From Eledone cirrhosa (Eukaryota), in NCBI GenBank assembly GCA_964016885.1, contig OZ024741.1, positions 159,774,001-159,838,000 of the forward strand: 64,000 bases of DNA, in the 5' to 3' direction. The notes beneath the pieces are model-generated. The model was not told the DNA's origin and searched no databases. It saw nothing but the letters and a program-made list of their open reading frames with translations. Positions 58,367-64,000 of the stretch are shown here, piece after piece; within the stretch, counting starts at the first letter, position 1; the number at the start of each line of letters is the position of its first letter. The translations under genes were made by a program, and so were the position numbers.

Positions 58367-58625
58367 ATATCACAGAAAAAAGAGAATCAGTGTTGCGACG
58401 AAAGGAATTTATTGGAAATATTACAAATGTTTCTCGGGCGACCAGCTCCTATTTTTAGGAAAATCTGCTTCGTAGAATCGAGACGTATCCCACGACCGTG
58501 TTGATTTCAGAGTCAGGTGTGATCACCATATCGATCGTGCCTCGAGCTGGTCGCCCGAGAAACATTTGTAATATGTGAAATAAATTTCTTTCGTCGCAAC
58601 ACTGATTCTCTTTTTTCTGTGATAT
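58367..58625. repeat. ~80-bp-arm inverted repeat, PLE-like
   Basis: 58367-58448 vs 58544-58625; arms contain GAAACATTTGTA..AATAAA (hammerhead 3' half only). Confidence 0.8.
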
Positions 58626-58695
58626 ACTCTGCTCTACGAGGGCATTGAGTGCTCATACGGCCTACTGCATACGGACGCTTTAAGCATCCGACACC

Positions 58696-58772
<77 letters not shown>

Positions 58773-59285
58773 TGTCGGGTCACTCTTGAGTACAACCTGT
58801 CGCATGGTCGGGTCGTCGGCGACTAAACCGGCAACCCCACCAAGTTTACCTGGTGAGGAGGGTGATTTTGGACACCCTGCAGGACAAAAAACAAAACCTG
58901 ACAAAGGGCGGAAGAACTCATAAGAATCAACGGCCATCCAAAAGTGTGTAAATATGTATATACACAGGTACCGCGCGGTTAAACCACTGGGAGTGAAGGA
59001 CCCCTAGACTTTGTCAGGGCATTCTTCTAGGAGCAGGCAACTCAGGAAACTGGGCTAACTCCCATATAAAACCTGCGGTTCAGTAGTTACCGATGATGTT
59101 GATCTTTTCTTCTTTTCGGGTTATAGCTACTGTCGCTCAGAGAGTGGGATTGGCTCAGTGTACAGTCTTTCCTCACTTTGAAAAATATCTTCACGCACAG
59201 GCATTGCACGATAGAATTAATTAATAATTATTAATAATGTTATATCGTGCAATGGCCATACTCGATAACGAGGGGGCAGCCGTCA
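58773..59285 (+). mobile_element. Non-autonomous RTE-related element in (TATG)n
   Basis: Reverse-complement match to 9287-9913. Confidence 0.65.
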
Positions 59286-59527
59286 CGTATGTATGTATGT
59301 ATGCATGTATGTATGTGTTTTGTGTGTGCGTGCGCGTGTGCATGTATAAATATATTCAACTATATATATATATGCAAATGAATTGAAAATATATATTTTT
59401 ATTTTTCATATAATAAATTTAATTGAAATCTAATGTATTTGTCATACCAACAATCTAACTCTAAATATATCACATAACGCCTCATGCCTCATTTATATCC
59501 TCTATTGATATTTGTACGAGGTTTCAG

Positions 59528-59680
59528 TTTTGAGGAGAAAGGGGAAAGTGCTCTTTTGAACTCCAGATCTCTCTTTATGTATGATCTTGATGATTTCTAT
59601 CAGGATGGGGCTACTATTTATTCTCAGGCAACATTAGCTATATTCTATATTAATTCTATATATTCTATATTTATTCTCAG
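59528..59680 (+). CDS. Candidate penultimate exon of an unidentified gene
   Basis: tttcag acceptor, 153-nt open frame FEEKGESALL...AIFYINSIYSIFIL, AG/GTAAAA donor. Confidence 0.35.
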
Positions 59681-59866
59681 GTAAAATTAGTGTAGCTATA
59701 TTCTATATTAAAGCAAATATAACAACAACAACAAAAAAACATTCTAAGCAAAATAAACACACAAATTACACATACCACAAACGAAAATATAATCCTGACC
59801 TCTGGAGTATAAATCTGAGGGTCGAATTTGAAATTCCGGTGGTAATGTCTACATCATTCCTGTTAG

Positions 59867-59966
59867 ATTTCGTGTCTACTATAAACAGAGAGCAGCACCA
59901 ACTACATCACTTCATCCAGAAGATGTGACTGTGAATGAAAGTCAAGAAAGATTGATGGATTTCTGA
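59867..59966 (+). CDS. Candidate terminal exon (FRVYYKQRAAPTTSLHPEDVTVNESQERLMDF*)
   Basis: ttcctgttag acceptor, phase compatible with 59528-59680. Confidence 0.35.
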
Positions 59967-60172
59967 ACAGTGCTATGACAAACAGCAAGAAACCCATTTG
60001 AAAATATGAAACAGAAATCTTGATAAAACAGATAAAACTACTTTTGAATACAAATTCACACACATAAAGATACATACATACATACACAATACATACATAC
60101 ATACACAATACGTACATACATACATACACACAATACGTACCTACGTCTCTCACCCTCTCTGTTTATATATAC

Positions 60173-60267
<95 letters not shown>

Positions 60268-60287
60268 AATATATATATATATATATG

Positions 60288-60329
<42 letters not shown>

Positions 60330-60420
60330 AATATATATATATATATATGTAAATATATATATATATATATGTAAATATATATATATGTATGTATATATAT
60401 GTGTGTGTGTATATATATAC

Positions 60421-60452
<32 letters not shown>

Positions 60453-60461
60453 TTACATATA

Positions 60462-60555
<94 letters not shown>

Positions 60556-60824
60556 AAGGAGAGAGAGAGATAGAGAGAGAAGGAGAGACAGAAGGAGTAG
60601 CGAATGGAAGGATTATTCTTTTTTTCTTTTTATACCTTCATACAGTCGATCTGATAATAGATCATAGCACCTTACCACTATCGATATCTATCTTAACCAA
60701 ATTTCTACTCCCTATTGTTTATACCAAGAACACCCAATTCAAACCCCAGCCCATTTTACCCTCATGACCCGCGGATCTACCTAATTCTTCTTTGTCACTC
60801 GTTTCTCCATCATCATCATCGTCG

Positions 60825-60857
<33 letters not shown>

Positions 60858-61080
60858 GAATTATTATTGCACTTACCTTCATTGTTATTTCTTCTTCTTC
60901 TTCTTCTTCTTCTTCTTCTTCTTCTTCTTCTTCTTCTTCTTCTTCTTCTTCTTCTTCTTCTTCTTCTTCTCCTCCTCCTCCCCCTCCTCCCCCTTCTCCT
61001 CCTTAATCGTTGTCGTCATTGTCGTGTTGGCTACTTTCACACTTGGTCGTCTTCGCCTTCTGGCTGAATATTCTAGAAAA

Positions 61081-61143
<63 letters not shown>

Positions 61144-61307
61144 GTTTCCCACCCCTCCAGCACAGCCCTACACAAATCATGTCCCACCCCACCTCTGGTG
61201 CAACACAAAGCTGCAAAAATAAGGAAAGGAAAAAACAAACAAACAGATGGAGATAGAAAGAGGACAATGTGAAGAGTGGCAGGAGGAGAGAGAAGAAAAT
61301 GAGAGAA

Positions 61308-61345
<38 letters not shown>

Positions 61346-61906
61346 AATATGGGGAGAAGAGTACTGCATGGTTGCACATGGATTACATGTTATAAAATGA
61401 GTCCCTCATCAGTGATTTGCCAACGATCATTGGTATTTCATCGCATTAAAAATCATATACCTCACGTTGGTGCGATAATAACTAAAATAAGTTATTAGGA
61501 AAATTGAAACGCGTAAAGCGAGTGAGACAAGTAAACAACACAGGGGAAAGCTAACCGAAGATAGAAAGAAACACAAGCAACATGGTTATTCTGTCAGTAT
61601 AAGCTGGGTGAATATATGAGCGAGTAAGAAATAGACCTTCCGCTAGTGAGTCCGATGTAAGAAAGAAGGAAAATCGTTTTCGTAGCGAACGGGGGGAAGT
61701 GAGAAGAGGAGAAACAGAGAGTGAGTGAGTGGAAGTGCGAGGAAGAGCTCAGTAGAGAGAAAGTGTTAACTGACATGACAGAGGGGACGAAAGAAAGTAA
61801 GAGAAACAGAGAGAACGATGGAGCAGTAAGAGAGAAAGAGAGAAACACAGAATCGCAGTTTAGGTAAATATATGTGAAAAATATGGGGAGAAGAGTACTG
61901 CATGGT

Positions 61907-61943
<37 letters not shown>

Positions 61944-63845
61944 GAGGGGGAGAGAAGGGAGAGAGTGAGAGAGAGAAAGAGAGAAGTGAGAGAGAATATG
62001 TCTGTATAAAAATGGAGGAAAAAGTCTAGTGGTGTGTCCACGATAGACTAGGAGAGAAGAAATTACACACACACATCACACACATGCATACACATGCATA
62101 CATATGTATGTAAGTTTATATATATGGCCTCAGCATGGCCTCTGCTGGATGGCTGAAACAGGTAAAAGAGGGTAAAAGAATATATCAGTATGTATACGTA
62201 CATACATATATGTATACAGACGTACAGTAGTATGTATATATATACATACATGCATACATATATATATGTACGTATGGGTTTACCGGAGAACATTTATTAT
62301 AATGTTCGGTTTGTTTGTAAACAAACAGCCCGAATTAAGCCGTACAGTGTTCGGCAACCATCGTTGCCATTTTGTTCAACACTGACAATATATATATATA
62401 TCCAGGGAGTGTTACTTGGAGTTACTGTAGGTTCACCCGAGTGAGCACTCGATGTTTAGGTTCACTTCGAGGTGTAGGGTTAGACAGAGTGTATTATAGT
62501 GAAATAAAACAAGGACGATTGGTTACTCCTTCATTATGTTTATGGGTTGGTGAAGCGCGTTTCGCCACTGATCAGCTCAAGGTTCGATCTGTATCGATCT
62601 AGCCCGAAGGGGTTTGTCCGCCTGTGGCTGTGGGGAGGCCAGCACGTGGGACCCCATTTGCTCACCATACGGATTAATAGGCAAAGTTATAAACTATTGT
62701 AAAAAATAAAAATAAAATCTCAGCTGTTGAAGCTGGACTCCTAGATAGACTTATCTATATACATCAAAGCTATTACCCATCCATTATACATGATCTCAAA
62801 GACATTGCTTGTTGGTGTATACACGAACATTTTAACCTACAAATGAGTATTACTCCCACATCTGATACATTGCTTGTTGGTGTATACACGGATGTTTTAA
62901 TCTACAATGGAACATATTTGATATCTGGAGCTATTTGCTGTGGAATACACGAACGTTCTATGGCCGTAACCAGAAAGGAAACCTGACAGACCGGCAATAA
63001 AAGTCTTTGGTTTCCTCCTTTTAACTTTTCTATGACCATTGTTCCTCCATTGCTCTGCTATCACATCCATCTCTCCTTGTTTCGTCACCAACATCCCCGA
63101 TTCTTATTCCATTATGTGCAGTCCTTCTTCCTCGGACCGCCATATATTTCCCGTTGTTGTCGATATGAATTATTCAAGAATAACATCAATAACATTGACC
63201 CCACCTGTATATATATATCCTTCTAGTTTCATACGGACATATAAACACACACACACATACGCACACACACACACACACACACACACATACCCCCCCCACA
63301 CACACGAAAGCGCACACGTACAACTCTATACAGAACGTTTCTTTTCTTTTCAGATAGACTCACTCGATCAACACCTTTTCAAAAAGTATATCATACACAA
63401 AACGCCAGCATCAATAGTTTTCCAAGAGATGGCAACATGAATGGACCTGTTATTCTTCTCCTCAATCTTTCTATTTCTTCTTTACTTTCTCATTCTATTT
63501 TATGATGAAAGACTAGCGTCCGAAACGTTAAGACTCTTTCCTACTATATCAAGCGGTAAACTGTGTCGTTTGCTTTCTTATTTCTGCTTATCATTTGCAT
63601 ATATATATATATATATTTAATACATTAACAGAGACAGCTTTAAGCAATACTCCGACCGACTTCCGTCTCACTCAACAAACATTAGGATATACCTTAGTAT
63701 AATCCCAATTATACGTTTGGGGTGTTAACTATACGTATTTTGCGGATAGCCAGTTGTATTATTTTATATGAGACATAATTAAATACATCCCTCCTTCCAA
63801 ACGATCGTTTCATTATAAGTATATATATATTTATAGGGCAGTAGC

Positions 63846-63991
<146 letters not shown>

Positions 63992-64000
63992 CGATAATCA

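Noticed and set aside
62548-62600. GAAACGCG/GAAATGCCCGTC half-motifs (also 34815-34868, 10065-10080, 18470-18490)
   Set aside because: No CUGANGA partner found, so not called as ribozymes
62700-63200. Possible GIY-YIG remnant (…IHEHFN…)
   Set aside because: Too decayed to support by eye

Overview
AT-rich, microsatellite-saturated eukaryotic (animal) DNA. The tRNA-derived SINEs resemble the octopus OK/OR families, so this is most likely a cephalopod (inference). No long intact host CDS is present, and almost all ORF-track entries are simple-repeat artefacts. The window is a transposon graveyard: a decayed Tx1/L1-clade LINE (23.4-27.0 kb), two DD37D (maT) mariner copies within a 1.8-kb duplication, RTE and R4/NeSL-like LINE fragments, hAT/hATm elements, Helitron remnants, many SINEs and a 7.4-kb CAC-rich satellite with ~1.1-kb higher-order repeats. 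The most striking unannotated signal is a dense set of minimal type-I hammerhead ribozyme motifs (about 8 near-intact, several decayed) from unrelated Penelope-like repeat families. Most have a palindromic stem III, often a long stem II and a downstream AATAAA, and several lie in head-to-head fold-back duplications. A chain of four phase-compatible minus-strand micro-exons (signal peptide plus dibasic sites) and a plus-strand two-exon gene end are weaker candidates for host genes.
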